A DNA stretch of 64,000 nt from positions 32,001 through 96,000 of IMG/VR virus record IMGVR_UViG_3300028920_000032. One strand, written 5' to 3'. The notes beneath the pieces are model-generated. The model ran no database searches. It saw only the letters and a list, made by a program, of their open reading frames with translations, and was not told where the DNA came from. This document shows positions 39,118 through 48,267 of the stretch, in pieces (position 1 is the first letter of the stretch; every line of letters begins with the position of its first letter). The stretch is from a virus. Position numbers and translations under genes: made by a program.

Positions 39118-40163
39118 TATTTTTTCTTATCCTCCTTCCAGCTTTCTTTATGTATTTTCTTAAACATATGATTACATGTCAATACCCAAAAATCATCAGT
39201 GTATTTATCATCTACCTCAGAATAAAAGTTTAATGGTATTTTAGCTCCACCTTTATATGAAGTACCGCCGCCGAATGAACCAAAATAATCTTTGCACATT
39301 TGATTAACATCTAGTGAAACATTTGATGATCTTACTGATACTTCTAAATGTTTCTTATCAATAATTGCAAATATAACAGCTGTATTAACTGATTCCATTC
39401 TTGCATACTCATCTGCTAAAATAGCTATTACATCTCTTTGAGAAGTTGGAAGAAATCCAACTCCACCCACAAAAACGCCATTAACTTCATGTGAATTTCC
39501 TTTCTCATGTAGCGTTGTTCTTCTTTCATATAAATAACGAGGATATGGATAATTCATTATCTTTTGTAAAGATTCTTTATCTGATAATTCTAATAATTCT
39601 TGGTAAGCAGAAAAATCTTCTTTAGTCATTTTTTCAGATGTTAAATCAAATGTATCTGTTCTTATTCCCAAAAGTAATGCAGTAAATACTATAATATTCT
39701 CTGGGCTTTTCTTTTCTGAATCATCTAAGAAACTAAGTTCTTTCATTAAATTCCAAACTATAGTTGCACATGAACCATATGAAGGCTCAACTATTTCGAA
39801 CTTGCTTCCAGATTTAATTTTGTGGTGATCTATAGTGAATGTTGCATATTCAGCACAACTATTATTTATTGTGCAATCAACACATATATTTTCTGCTTTA
39901 TTATCAATATCTTCAGTCACTTTTTCAGCCAGAATATTTAACACATTAATCATAGTTTTATTTTGTGGATGAGAGACTTCACCCCTATAAAGTATTTTTG
40001 AACTAATTCCAAAATGTTTAAGTATGAGACTGAGCCCAAAAGCACTGCCGAAAGCGTCAGGATCTGGTGCATCATGCACACAAATGTTAACCTCAGTGAT
40101 ATTTTTTTCTTTCAAGTATTCTATATAATTTTTAAGTTTGTCAACCTTAGTTGTTTTTTTCAT
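39117..40163 (-). CDS. DHH/DHHA1 phosphoesterase (NrnA/Pde2-like); start revised to MKKTTK
   Basis: HDAPDPDAFGS, IDHH, GIRTDT, SVRS, GGG; GCATA-N9-ATG at 40163. Confidence 0.9.
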   Translation of the reverse strand: MKKTTKVDKLKNYIEYLKEKNITEVNICVHDAPDPDAFGSAFGLSLILKHFGISSKILYRGEVSHPQNKTMINVLNILAEKVTEDIDNKAENICVDCTINNSCAEYATFTIDHHKIKSGSKFEIVEPSYGSCATIVWNLMKELSFLDDSEKKSPENIIVFTALLLGIRTDTFDLTSEKMTKEDFSAYQELLELSDKESLQKIMNYPYPRYLYERRTTLHEKGNSHEVNGVFVGGVGFLPTSQRDVIAILADEYARMESVNTAVIFAIIDKKHLEVSVRSSNVSLDVNQMCKDYFGSFGGGTSYKGGAKIPLNFYSEVDDKYTDDFWVLTCNHMFKKIHKESWKEDKKK

Positions 40164-40167
40164 ATTT

Positions 40168-40386
40168 TTAATTATGCATTGGTTTAAATGGTTTTTTCCA
40201 ATGGCTACAAACACCCATCTTTGGTTTTATACCTTTGCGAAAGTAATAACAATTTTTTGTTTTGCTATCATGAAAATTTTTATAAAAGTCACTACTATAT
40301 TCACAATTATCACAACTTTGCCCTTTTAATAATCTTATTGTCAATTTCTTCAATTCTGCATCTGACATTTTTTTGTGTCTAACCAT
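40168..40386 (-). CDS. Small Cys-rich protein
   Basis: IRLLKGQSCDNC...C...CSHW. Confidence 0.6.
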   Translation of the reverse strand: MVRHKKMSDAELKKLTIRLLKGQSCDNCEYSSDFYKNFHDSKTKNCYYFRKGIKPKMGVCSHWKKPFKPMHN

Positions 40387-40645
40387 TGTTCGTTACTACT
40401 GAATGTTGGTTAATAAAATCTTCAACTACACCTTTTAATCTTTTATAAAGTATTTCATTATATGTTGGACCAAATTTAATAACCATTTCTAATTGTTTTT
40501 CTATATCATATCCACAATGAGTCCAATGATGATTAATAGCAATTTGTTTGAATGCTGTATTTGTTTCTGGGTGAATTACAGTTCTTGCTTGAAATGTATA
40601 TTTAGGAAAATCTTTTTGTAATTTAGAGATGAAGCTCATCATCAT
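40379..40645 (-). CDS. Hypothetical protein
   Basis: ORF in operon. Confidence 0.55.
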   Translation of the reverse strand: MMMSFISKLQKDFPKYTFQARTVIHPETNTAFKQIAINHHWTHCGYDIEKQLEMVIKFGPTYNEILYKRLKGVVEDFINQHSVVTNNG

Positions 40646-41004
40646 TACTCTCCTCTGTCAGCTGCTTTTAGTTCTTCATTGTTTTCTGTTAGATATTTAA
40701 TGATATGCATATTGTCATTTAGCCACATAAACAATATGTGAGATAATGCAGCTGTCTGTCTTTCAGTCAGATCTATTCCAGAAAAATCATCTAATGCATG
40801 TGTAAGTTCATGTACGAGTGTTACTTTCATTCTATATGCATGATTTGCTGTTGACACAAATATTTCAAGATTATCTGAATCACATGTACCATTCACAGAC
40901 GTGCCATTGTCATCATAAACTGTTTTATCCCAAATAATGTCATACTCTCTGTCTCCAACTTTTGTCTTTTTTGGTCTTTTAGTTTTAGACATATTATTCT
41001 CCAA
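40645..41004 (-). CDS. Small HEXXH zinc-metallopeptidase-like protein
   Basis: TLVHELTHAL. Confidence 0.7.
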   Translation of the reverse strand: MENNMSKTKRPKKTKVGDREYDIIWDKTVYDDNGTSVNGTCDSDNLEIFVSTANHAYRMKVTLVHELTHALDDFSGIDLTERQTAALSHILFMWLNDNMHIIKYLTENNEELKAADRGE

Positions 41005-41710
41005 TCTTTATGATATTTTCATAAATTAATATATGTTTTTTATCAACTTCTTCATCTAAATGAAGATGACCTATAAACCACTTCTTATATTTAGCATGTC
41101 GCTTAACATATTCTAAATATTTTGTTAAACTATATGCTTCAGTTGGAGAGAATTCTGGTAAATATCTTTTGTCGACTTGTTCTATAATACTTTGTGGTGC
41201 CGTATGTGTTATTATATAATCAACTTCCCAGTTGTTTTCTTCTAAAGATTGAATGCCTAATTTTTCTTCTTGAATATTTGGTATTTCTTGAGACCACCAA
41301 GAAATATGTTCTCGCCTTCTGTATTTGTCAATAGATTTAGCTCCTCCAAATACCCAATACTTTTTCCCATCGATTATGTAAACTAACCCTCTTTTTAGAT
41401 GGTATATGGAATCTATAACTTCTCCAACTACATTTTCGCAAATATAATTTTGGTTTTTTGTGTCTATTTCATAAAGTCTATCAAAATTTTCATGATTGCC
41501 ATCAATAAACAATGTAGTGAATTTTTTACCTGACAGCCACTCTAGCCAATGTTGTTCATGTCTACAACTTTCATTAACATCCCATACTAAACCAAAATCA
41601 CCCGTTATTATAACATAGTCTTGTTTAGTGAGATATCTTCCTTGTTTAAATCGTTTGTGGCTTAATCTGCTAACATTAGCGTGTGTGTCTCCCGTAACAA
41701 ACACACTCAT
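40994..41710 (-). CDS. Calcineurin-like metallophosphoesterase
   Basis: GDTH, GDFG, DGNHE, THTAP, GHLH. Confidence 0.93.
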   Translation of the reverse strand: MSVFVTGDTHANVSRLSHKRFKQGRYLTKQDYVIITGDFGLVWDVNESCRHEQHWLEWLSGKKFTTLFIDGNHENFDRLYEIDTKNQNYICENVVGEVIDSIYHLKRGLVYIIDGKKYWVFGGAKSIDKYRRREHISWWSQEIPNIQEEKLGIQSLEENNWEVDYIITHTAPQSIIEQVDKRYLPEFSPTEAYSLTKYLEYVKRHAKYKKWFIGHLHLDEEVDKKHILIYENIIKIGE

Positions 41711-41970
41711 TACAATCCTCTTTTATAGCTGTCGATAATATCTAAATAATTTTGAGCTGATTGTCTATTACGACCTAACAAAATTGTAAGTATTTTATCA
41801 TATTCTTTAGTAGAACCAGCAACTTCATATATGCTGCCGCCTTTTAAATGAACAACCCACTCTCCACTACCATCATTGCAAAGCTTATATCCGCTTACAC
41901 CAATTATTTCATCATTTAGAAAATCAATAGGTTGCTTTGTTTTCTTTAGTTTGAGTGTCATATTTTTCAA
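41710..41970 (-). CDS. Hypothetical protein
   Basis: ORF in operon. Confidence 0.5.
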   Translation of the reverse strand: MKNMTLKLKKTKQPIDFLNDEIIGVSGYKLCNDGSGEWVVHLKGGSIYEVAGSTKEYDKILTILLGRNRQSAQNYLDIIDSYKRGL

Positions 41971-42112
41971 CTGCCTTTCTGATTAGTTTTGTTTCTTCAT
42001 GAATATTCTTTAATATTTTAATAGTATCGTCTACGCGAAAGATTGCTCTTAAAGCTAAAGTTAATATACATATTATTATAACAATTGCTCCTAAAGCTGT
42101 TCCTGTATCCAT
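41924..42112 (-). CDS. Small membrane protein
   Basis: N-terminal TM helix; GCATA-N9-ATG start. Confidence 0.6.
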   Translation of the reverse strand: MDTGTALGAIVIIICILTLALRAIFRVDDTIKILKNIHEETKLIRKAVEKYDTQTKENKATY

Positions 42113-42120
42113 ATTGATAT

Positions 42121-43059
42121 CTATGCTTTAATACTGTCTTTTATAAGATTAAATTCAGTGAACCATTTACTTTTTTTTACTGCGTTGAAAGCTTTTTTAT
42201 TTTTATCTATTTTAAATATTTTAAGCATTGCGATTTTAAACCATTCTCTACCATAATCAGTTTTTAATTGCTCTAAGCACTGGTGAGCAATAGTATATCT
42301 TGCACCACTTTCTTTAGCTAACAACATACTGCGCTCATAGTTTTCTTTTATTTCTAAATCTTTTGTTACGTCAATGTTCCATTTAGTTGATATTATATTT
42401 TGGTAAGTATCAGCCCACTGCTCTATGAGCCTTTCGGCAAATTTTAATTTATCTCTTTTCTTTTGATAGTATGCAACAGCAGAGATCCAATACAAATTTT
42501 TATACTCAATATCATATTTAACGCACCAATATTTGAAATAAGTAGTATGTATAAATATATCACTAGGAAATATATTAATCATATCATTATTTCTCATATA
42601 GACAACTAGCGACATTTTATTGTCGTGTTCTACTATTGGTTGCATTATAATAGTACAAGGTTGTCTACCTTTTAAACTATAATCGCTTTTCTTCCATACT
42701 TGAATTATTTTGTCTCTACTATGTATCTTTTTCGACAAAGCTTCTTTCATTTGCCCATTTAAACGATTAGCATAATGGTAAGAATATAAACCAGAATCTT
42801 CAATTCTGTTTTCCCAATTTTTACTAAAATAATATGATAAACCTGGATTAGTCACACTAAATATTCTATCAGAACACTCACGTAATATCCATGGCCAATT
42901 ACGCTGTGCAAATGGGAAAAATAGAATATTTTTGTTCATATCTGTTAATGTAAATGTTAAGAAAGGAAGCTCTCTTCTTTTTGCTTTTATTTGACCTGTA
43001 TCTTTTATATCATGCAAAATATCTAGATATGCATCATTAATGTCTTTATATTCATCCAT
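42121..43059 (-). CDS. Divergent thymidylate-synthase-fold enzyme 2 (dCMP-type Asp, C-terminal extension)
   Basis: RQPCT catalytic Cys, YMRNNDMINIFPSD; lacks the SLHxY motif. Confidence 0.75.
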   Translation of the reverse strand: MDEYKDINDAYLDILHDIKDTGQIKAKRRELPFLTFTLTDMNKNILFFPFAQRNWPWILRECSDRIFSVTNPGLSYYFSKNWENRIEDSGLYSYHYANRLNGQMKEALSKKIHSRDKIIQVWKKSDYSLKGRQPCTIIMQPIVEHDNKMSLVVYMRNNDMINIFPSDIFIHTTYFKYWCVKYDIEYKNLYWISAVAYYQKKRDKLKFAERLIEQWADTYQNIISTKWNIDVTKDLEIKENYERSMLLAKESGARYTIAHQCLEQLKTDYGREWFKIAMLKIFKIDKNKKAFNAVKKSKWFTEFNLIKDSIKA

Positions 43060-43152
43060 ATTAAAAATTATGCGGAAAACTAAGAAAACTCCGGGGGAAA
43101 TATAGTTTTAACTGTTTTATGTGTTAAATTCATAATATTGTCTTATTTTCTA

Positions 43153-43165
43153 AAGATAATTAAAA
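43153..43165 (+). promoter_or_regulatory. Putative late promoter AAGATAATTAAAA
   Basis: Exact motif upstream of the SD and ATG of 43185. Confidence 0.65.
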
Positions 43166-43184
43166 TAGAAACTAGAGGATTGTT

Positions 43185-43565
43185 ATGAAACTATTTGAAG
43201 CAATGAATTTACATGAAAGAAATGTTCATGATATAGCTAAAGAATACAATGGTTTGCGAAAGAGAGTTGAATTACAGCTTAAAGGCAAAAAAGATGGTGA
43301 AAAACTTAAAGCTGCTATTAGTGGTTGGGTTGGTGGAATGGAAGGCCTAAAAAGTGTTCGCCAGCTAATCGGAATGTTACAAAAAAATCCTGCGTTTAAA
43401 AATGATGCTGTCGACAAAGCTATAATTAAAATTATAAACGAACTCATTAGGGAAAGTAGTGATGAGAGATCAGAAGTAGCTAAAAAACAACAAGCGTCTA
43501 CTAAAAGACAAGAAAAAATGCAAACTGTTATCCCACCAGGAACAACTTTGTCAACAGGTGTTTAA
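43185..43565 (+). CDS. Putative head-internal protein (MKLFEAMNLHE) in reverse orientation
   Basis: GAGGA SD, late motif, MKxxE N-terminus. Confidence 0.65.
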   Translation: MKLFEAMNLHERNVHDIAKEYNGLRKRVELQLKGKKDGEKLKAAISGWVGGMEGLKSVRQLIGMLQKNPAFKNDAVDKAIIKIINELIRESSDERSEVAKKQQASTKRQEKMQTVIPPGTTLSTGV

Positions 43566-43908
43566 ACCAGCTAATTATAAACAATTTATATAATTGTGTG
43601 AGATAACAAAAGTAATATTCTACAGTTAATTTAAAATCACAAGAATTTAATTCACCAACTTTTACATAAGCATAAGCAGCAGATTTTAGAAAGCAATCTA
43701 AGCCGGCTTTATGAAATCTCTTTCTTACTGCTTTATCAAAGTTTTCAAACATTAATTCTTCAAATTTTTTTTCTGATCTTTTTTCTAAACGCCATAAAAA
43801 ACCTGCAATAACTCTCTTGAAGTAAAAAATAAAACTACATTCATCATTCATAAGTATTTTGAATGTTGCTCTTATCCCTAATATTTTATTACCTTCAATA
43901 TCTGTCAT
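43528..43908 (-). CDS. Hypothetical protein
   Basis: ORF with AAGGT SD; convergent overlap with 43185-43565. Confidence 0.5.
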   Translation of the reverse strand: MTDIEGNKILGIRATFKILMNDECSFIFYFKRVIAGFLWRLEKRSEKKFEELMFENFDKAVRKRFHKAGLDCFLKSAAYAYVKVGELNSCDFKLTVEYYFCYLTQLYKLFIISWFKHLLTKLFLVG

Positions 43909-43925
43909 AACATACCTTTCTATAT

Positions 43926-44660
43926 TTAGAATACAAAATCAGGAAAGTCTTTTGCATATGCATGTAATGAACCGCCAAAATAAGTAAAACTACCAATTTT
44001 ATAATTTAATTCATTGGCTATATATTCTTGAATTTTACATGCTAGCCAAATATCAACAACAAAATGAATAAGTAAATCATTGGATCTCATTACATATATA
44101 CCATGTACTTTATTGTTTCTTACTAAGAATTGATAATGCATTGAACATGGAATTCTTCTCTTTCCACCAATGTTTTGGTGATCTTTTGAATAATTAAAAA
44201 TTTGCACAATACCTTGTCTTGAATCTGGTGACTCTTTAAGCTCTTCAATTACTTTTGTAATTTGATCTTTTATTAGAGCAGGATCACTAATTCTTTCTGA
44301 ATAAGTATATGAAAATTTTTGTTCATCTTCTAAAAATTGCTCCCACAATGAATATCTAGATTTGTGAGCATCACCAGGGTTTTTAGATTGACCACACAAA
44401 CGATCTTGTAACTCAAGTTTACAATATTCGATAATAGCTTGGCACTCTTCAGGATAAAAGATTTTTACCATTTCATCTAATTTAGCATCTGCTTGTGAAA
44501 CTTTATATGAATAACCAATTAGTTCTTTTGTATAAAAATCTTTATTCCCTTTTACCCATTTGTCTTGCATGTGTGAAATTGGGACAGTAATACCAAGTTC
44601 TTTTAATTCCCGCCTTAATTCATTAGCAGCTTGTTCATGATCTGAAAATATTCTACTCAT
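43926..44660 (-). CDS. Thymidylate-synthase-fold enzyme 1, probable dCMP hydroxymethylase/methylase/hydroxylase
   Basis: DSRQ, RIPCSMHYQF, MRSNDLLIHFVVD (Asp at the N177-equivalent position), GSLHAY. Confidence 0.8.
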   Translation of the reverse strand: MSRIFSDHEQAANELRRELKELGITVPISHMQDKWVKGNKDFYTKELIGYSYKVSQADAKLDEMVKIFYPEECQAIIEYCKLELQDRLCGQSKNPGDAHKSRYSLWEQFLEDEQKFSYTYSERISDPALIKDQITKVIEELKESPDSRQGIVQIFNYSKDHQNIGGKRRIPCSMHYQFLVRNNKVHGIYVMRSNDLLIHFVVDIWLACKIQEYIANELNYKIGSFTYFGGSLHAYAKDFPDFVF

Positions 44661-44883
44661 ATTCAATCTCCTCATTTTTATTTATGCTATTAATTACTAT
44701 ATCCATACCTTTTTGCCAAGCTTTGTCAATTATTTCTTGTTTTTCTTTTTCAGCTTTGCTTAAGTTGTCAATTGGCATATATTTTTGGTTTGCTAAACAA
44801 TTAAGCAGATGCTCTAAAAAATCTGCTTCAATTATTAAATGTTTACCACTAAGAAGTCCTTTAGTTATTTCTTTATTGCCCAT
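44653..44883 (-). CDS. Hypothetical protein
   Basis: ORF in operon. Confidence 0.55.
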   Translation of the reverse strand: MGNKEITKGLLSGKHLIIEADFLEHLLNCLANQKYMPIDNLSKAEKEKQEIIDKAWQKGMDIVINSINKNEEIEYE

Positions 44884-45389
44884 AACTTCTTAAACAATTT
44901 TAAAAATTCTTGTTCAGCTTCTTGTGGATTATAACAATCTAAATGTTTAGTTTGATAGTCTGTTGGTGCAAAGTGTTGATCAAAAAGATTATAATATTCT
45001 ATATTTAGCCATCTAACATCTGCTTCTTTAATTTGTTTGTGTATTGCGTCATTTAATTCCAGATTAAATTTTTCTAAAATAACACATTCAATTTTATTTT
45101 CGAATGGTTTAATTTTTTCAAAAACATGATGTTTTAATGGAGAAGGAATGTCTGTCATATATGTTTCTGTAGCATCATGTAACAATGCTAATAATTGTAT
45201 GTTTGAATCTACAAATTCTTTAGAAACATTTATAGAATGCTCAGCGACACTATAAAATCTTTTTGTGTGGCCACACCACCTACACTGAAATGCTAATGAA
45301 TGAGCAATGTCTTCTATACAAACATCTTCAGAATTCATGTTATCATAATGGAATATTTTTCCTGTATAAGTTTGTATCCAATTTAACAT
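44865..45389 (-). CDS. HD-domain 5'-deoxynucleotidase (YfdR/YfbR-like)
   Basis: IEDIAHSLA.QCRW.GH...YSVAEHS...ALLHDATE.YMTDIPSPLK. Confidence 0.92.
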   Translation of the reverse strand: MLNWIQTYTGKIFHYDNMNSEDVCIEDIAHSLAFQCRWCGHTKRFYSVAEHSINVSKEFVDSNIQLLALLHDATETYMTDIPSPLKHHVFEKIKPFENKIECVILEKFNLELNDAIHKQIKEADVRWLNIEYYNLFDQHFAPTDYQTKHLDCYNPQEAEQEFLKLFKKLWAIKK

Positions 45390-45399
45390 TTTTACTCCT

Positions 45400-45975
45400 T
45401 TAATATTGTAATCTTAAAGCTTCTGAAACTTTATTCATTATATATTTGTCATCACGAAAAGCTACTAATCTAACTACTGGGAATACAGTATGTTTTAAGA
45501 AAGACTCATAAAGATTATATTGTTTGCGATATCCGTCTTCACCACTATTGTCTTCTAACCAATCTTTCTTTCTGTCCATCTCTGCCATCTTTTTAAATCC
45601 GCTATCAAGTATAGTCATAAACAAAATAACTATCTTTTGATTTGTTCTGTAATATAATTCTTCTATTTTCTTTAAGTGCTCAAGCCAATATTTATGATCA
45701 TAATTATTACGATAATAAAGACCATATACACATGAGCTTATATATTGTCTATCAACAACAAGTGAGTTAGTTATATGCTTTGGTAAAGTTGGGAAATATT
45801 GTGCATAAGCTAAATCACGACCGACTGAATAGTCGTCGACATTAATATCAGGATATGAGCGATGTGTTATTCTCATACCTAAATCTTTATAGATTTGAAT
45901 ATCAGGAAAAAATTCTTTTATTTTATCACAAGTGTAGCTTTTACCGCACCTTCTGACTCCATCTATATGTATCAT
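45400..45975 (-). CDS. dNMP (thymidylate-like) kinase
   Basis: IDGVRRCGKS P-loop, VVDRQYISSCVY. Confidence 0.82.
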   Translation of the reverse strand: MIHIDGVRRCGKSYTCDKIKEFFPDIQIYKDLGMRITHRSYPDINVDDYSVGRDLAYAQYFPTLPKHITNSLVVDRQYISSCVYGLYYRNNYDHKYWLEHLKKIEELYYRTNQKIVILFMTILDSGFKKMAEMDRKKDWLEDNSGEDGYRKQYNLYESFLKHTVFPVVRLVAFRDDKYIMNKVSEALRLQY

Positions 45976-46277
45976 AAATCTTCTTCTCCTAATTTAATAG
46001 ACCCAGGTGGATTACCTTTAAAACGTTTAGCTGTTTCAAAAATAATAATATTTAAATCTTTTTTAGTTTTATAATCACAATTAGTTAAAGCAACTGTTTC
46101 ATTTTTTGAAGTAGTCTTATCTGGGTTTTCAAAAGTAATTATGTAGTAATATCCTTTAAGAAAAGTAAGATCATTTTTGCTAAATTCTTCATTGATTACT
46201 TGAGCTATGCGATCATTTAAGTGTTTGGCAAATCTTTGCATGTCTTTTGCAATATAATCATGCTTATCCATCTTCAT
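45972..46277 (-). CDS. Hypothetical protein
   Basis: ORF in operon. Confidence 0.55.
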   Translation of the reverse strand: MKMDKHDYIAKDMQRFAKHLNDRIAQVINEEFSKNDLTFLKGYYYIITFENPDKTTSKNETVALTNCDYKTKKDLNIIIFETAKRFKGNPPGSIKLGEEDL

Positions 46278-46521
46278 CTCTTAAATCCTTTTTCACTGTT
46301 TCACGAATTAAAATGTCTACTGCTTCTTTTGGTAAAGAAATTGTTACAATTGGATTGTTAGCCAAACAATCAGTTACTGAAAATTTCCATCCATCATTAA
46401 TTTTCCAAAATCTATATATTCTCTTGGCTATTAAATAGCCAGTTTTATCATGATCTTTCTCAATAACTTCCCACATCTTATTTTCAGAAACAGTAAATTC
46501 TGTATTATCTATTTTTGACAT
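46264..46521 (-). CDS. Hypothetical protein
   Basis: ORF in operon. Confidence 0.55.
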   Translation of the reverse strand: MSKIDNTEFTVSENKMWEVIEKDHDKTGYLIAKRIYRFWKINDGWKFSVTDCLANNPIVTISLPKEAVDILIRETVKKDLRDEDG

Positions 46522-46540
46522 AATTTTATTACCTACTATT

Positions 46541-46978
46541 TTATTTTTTCTTTAATGTCCTTGCTATTAGACTCATTACTAATTTTGCTTTATCTGCTGG
46601 TAAATCTTCGATTTCTGTCCATTCTCCATCTTTTAATCTAATCTCTTCCCCAATAGTACCAGATCCTACTTTAATTTCAAATATGTCTCCATATTCTTTT
46701 CTCAATCTTCTTCTCATTTCCCAAACTGATTCACTATCACTTTTAATTTTTAATAACTCATCAAATACAATATCAAAACTTATATCATTGCTATATCCTG
46801 CTCTCTTTTTTGCGCTTCTTAACCAATCTTGCCTTTTGTATTCAGACTCTCTTAATTTTTTCAATTCTTTTTTCATTTCCGCTATTTCTTTATGAAAAGG
46901 ACAAACTATTGATTGTTTCTTTTTAGAGATTACTTCACTATCTGAACTTAAAGCAAAATCTACTTTGTTATCGTTCAT
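46541..46978 (-). CDS. Hypothetical protein
   Basis: ORF in operon. Confidence 0.55.
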   Translation of the reverse strand: MNDNKVDFALSSDSEVISKKKQSIVCPFHKEIAEMKKELKKLRESEYKRQDWLRSAKKRAGYSNDISFDIVFDELLKIKSDSESVWEMRRRLRKEYGDIFEIKVGSGTIGEEIRLKDGEWTEIEDLPADKAKLVMSLIARTLKKK

Positions 46979-46987
46979 TGTTATATT

Positions 46988-47623
46988 TTAATACCCCGTG
47001 TCTATCCTAAATTTATTACATTGATTTTTTCTACTAAAGACACTCCATAAATCATCTGGAGATAAACCAATACCCCTAAATATAAGATTAAAAAATTTGT
47101 AATATACTTGCTCAAATCTTTCTTCAAAGATGAGCATGTCAGTAAGATATTGACTTTTCTTCCATGGTCTTATTTTTAATTTATTGCATGTTATTCCTAT
47201 TTGATATATAATGTCTATTATATATGGATCTAATATTTTCAAATTTGTTACTATAGTTTTGGGGATTGGAGTGTAAACCCAAAGCTCATGTAAAGATTTA
47301 AATTTGTGGAAATCCCATCCATATAAAATATAAGAACTAATTAAAAAATTGAGCGAATCACTAATTTCTTCATATATATGTTCAATTCTCTCACCTTCTA
47401 TTATAGCTTCTCTCATTTCCATAAGCTCTTCAACAACACGAATTTCTAAAAAATCTTTCATAGCTTGTTGACCTTCAAATGTGTCAATATCAACTGGTAA
47501 ATCTAAATCTTTTATTGAGACTTCAAACTTTTTATAATAGCTGACTAAAGCTTTCATTTTTTCAAATATTGCAGCCGTTACATCTCCATGATATTTTTCA
47601 GCTTGGTAATCTAATATGTTCAT
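46988..47623 (-). CDS. All-alpha (dimeric dUTPase/MazG-like) dNTP pyrophosphatase, possible dCTPase
   Basis: EELME...EEISD, RPWKK, KNQCNKFRIDTGY. Confidence 0.8.
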   Translation of the reverse strand: MNILDYQAEKYHGDVTAAIFEKMKALVSYYKKFEVSIKDLDLPVDIDTFEGQQAMKDFLEIRVVEELMEMREAIIEGERIEHIYEEISDSLNFLISSYILYGWDFHKFKSLHELWVYTPIPKTIVTNLKILDPYIIDIIYQIGITCNKLKIRPWKKSQYLTDMLIFEERFEQVYYKFFNLIFRGIGLSPDDLWSVFSRKNQCNKFRIDTGY

Positions 47624-47652
47624 TATTCCTCCTAAGATTAATTATGCTATTA

Positions 47653-47940
47653 TTATCTATATTGATCAATCCATTCCCACCATTTGCATGTTCTATTTTT
47701 AGGTATTTCGTTTGTGCTTAAAAGTTTATTTCGTCTTAGATTGTCGCAACTTTCTTCGCCAACATCACTGCTATATGTAGACCATTCAACTTTACGAAAC
47801 CAATAACAATCTTCACAAGTATTATCATTTAGTAGGTTTTTAATTTCTTCACGCTTAGATCTCTTCTCAATATTCTTTTGTGATTTTTTGCGGTTGTATA
47901 AAATCCGTTTTAGTTTCTTGTCTTTTTGTCGTGCACTCAA
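47653..47940 (-). CDS. Small Cys-rich protein
   Basis: REEIKNLLNDNTCEDC...C...CKWW. Confidence 0.6.
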   Translation of the reverse strand: MSARQKDKKLKRILYNRKKSQKNIEKRSKREEIKNLLNDNTCEDCYWFRKVEWSTYSSDVGEESCDNLRRNKLLSTNEIPKNRTCKWWEWIDQYR

Positions 47941-47943
47941 TTA

Positions 47944-48267
47944 TTATCCTTGCCCTGGAATTAAAATGTTAGACCTTTTCTTTACAACTGTTTTATAAAT
48001 GACATTGTCTTTATCTATTTTTAGATAGTTAATGATATTAATCTTATAGATTTGCATAGCTATAGAATGCAAAATATTATCAGAAACTTTCTGAATTATA
48101 TATTCAATTTTATTTGGGCCTACTGGCTGAATACTTATATCATATGTTTTAGCAGAATCTAAAGTTAAATATTCATTTGTGTCTTCAAGGATTGAATCTT
48201 TATCGACAAATAATACTCTACCATTAGATAGACATATTAGTTTGAAACTTTCTTTTGATATGTCCAA
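47944..48267 (-). CDS. Hypothetical protein
   Basis: ORF with GGAGG SD. Confidence 0.55.
   Translation of the reverse strand: MDISKESFKLICLSNGRVLFVDKDSILEDTNEYLTLDSAKTYDISIQPVGPNKIEYIIQKVSDNILHSIAMQIYKINIINYLKIDKDNVIYKTVVKKRSNILIPGQG

Noticed and set aside
43072-43110. GC patch CTCCGGGGG with flanking AAAACTA/TAGTTTT
   Set aside because: Weak stem, single occurrence and no assignable function.
42121-44660. Ordinary thyA annotation
   Set aside because: Both paralogs have Asp rather than Asn at the specificity position.
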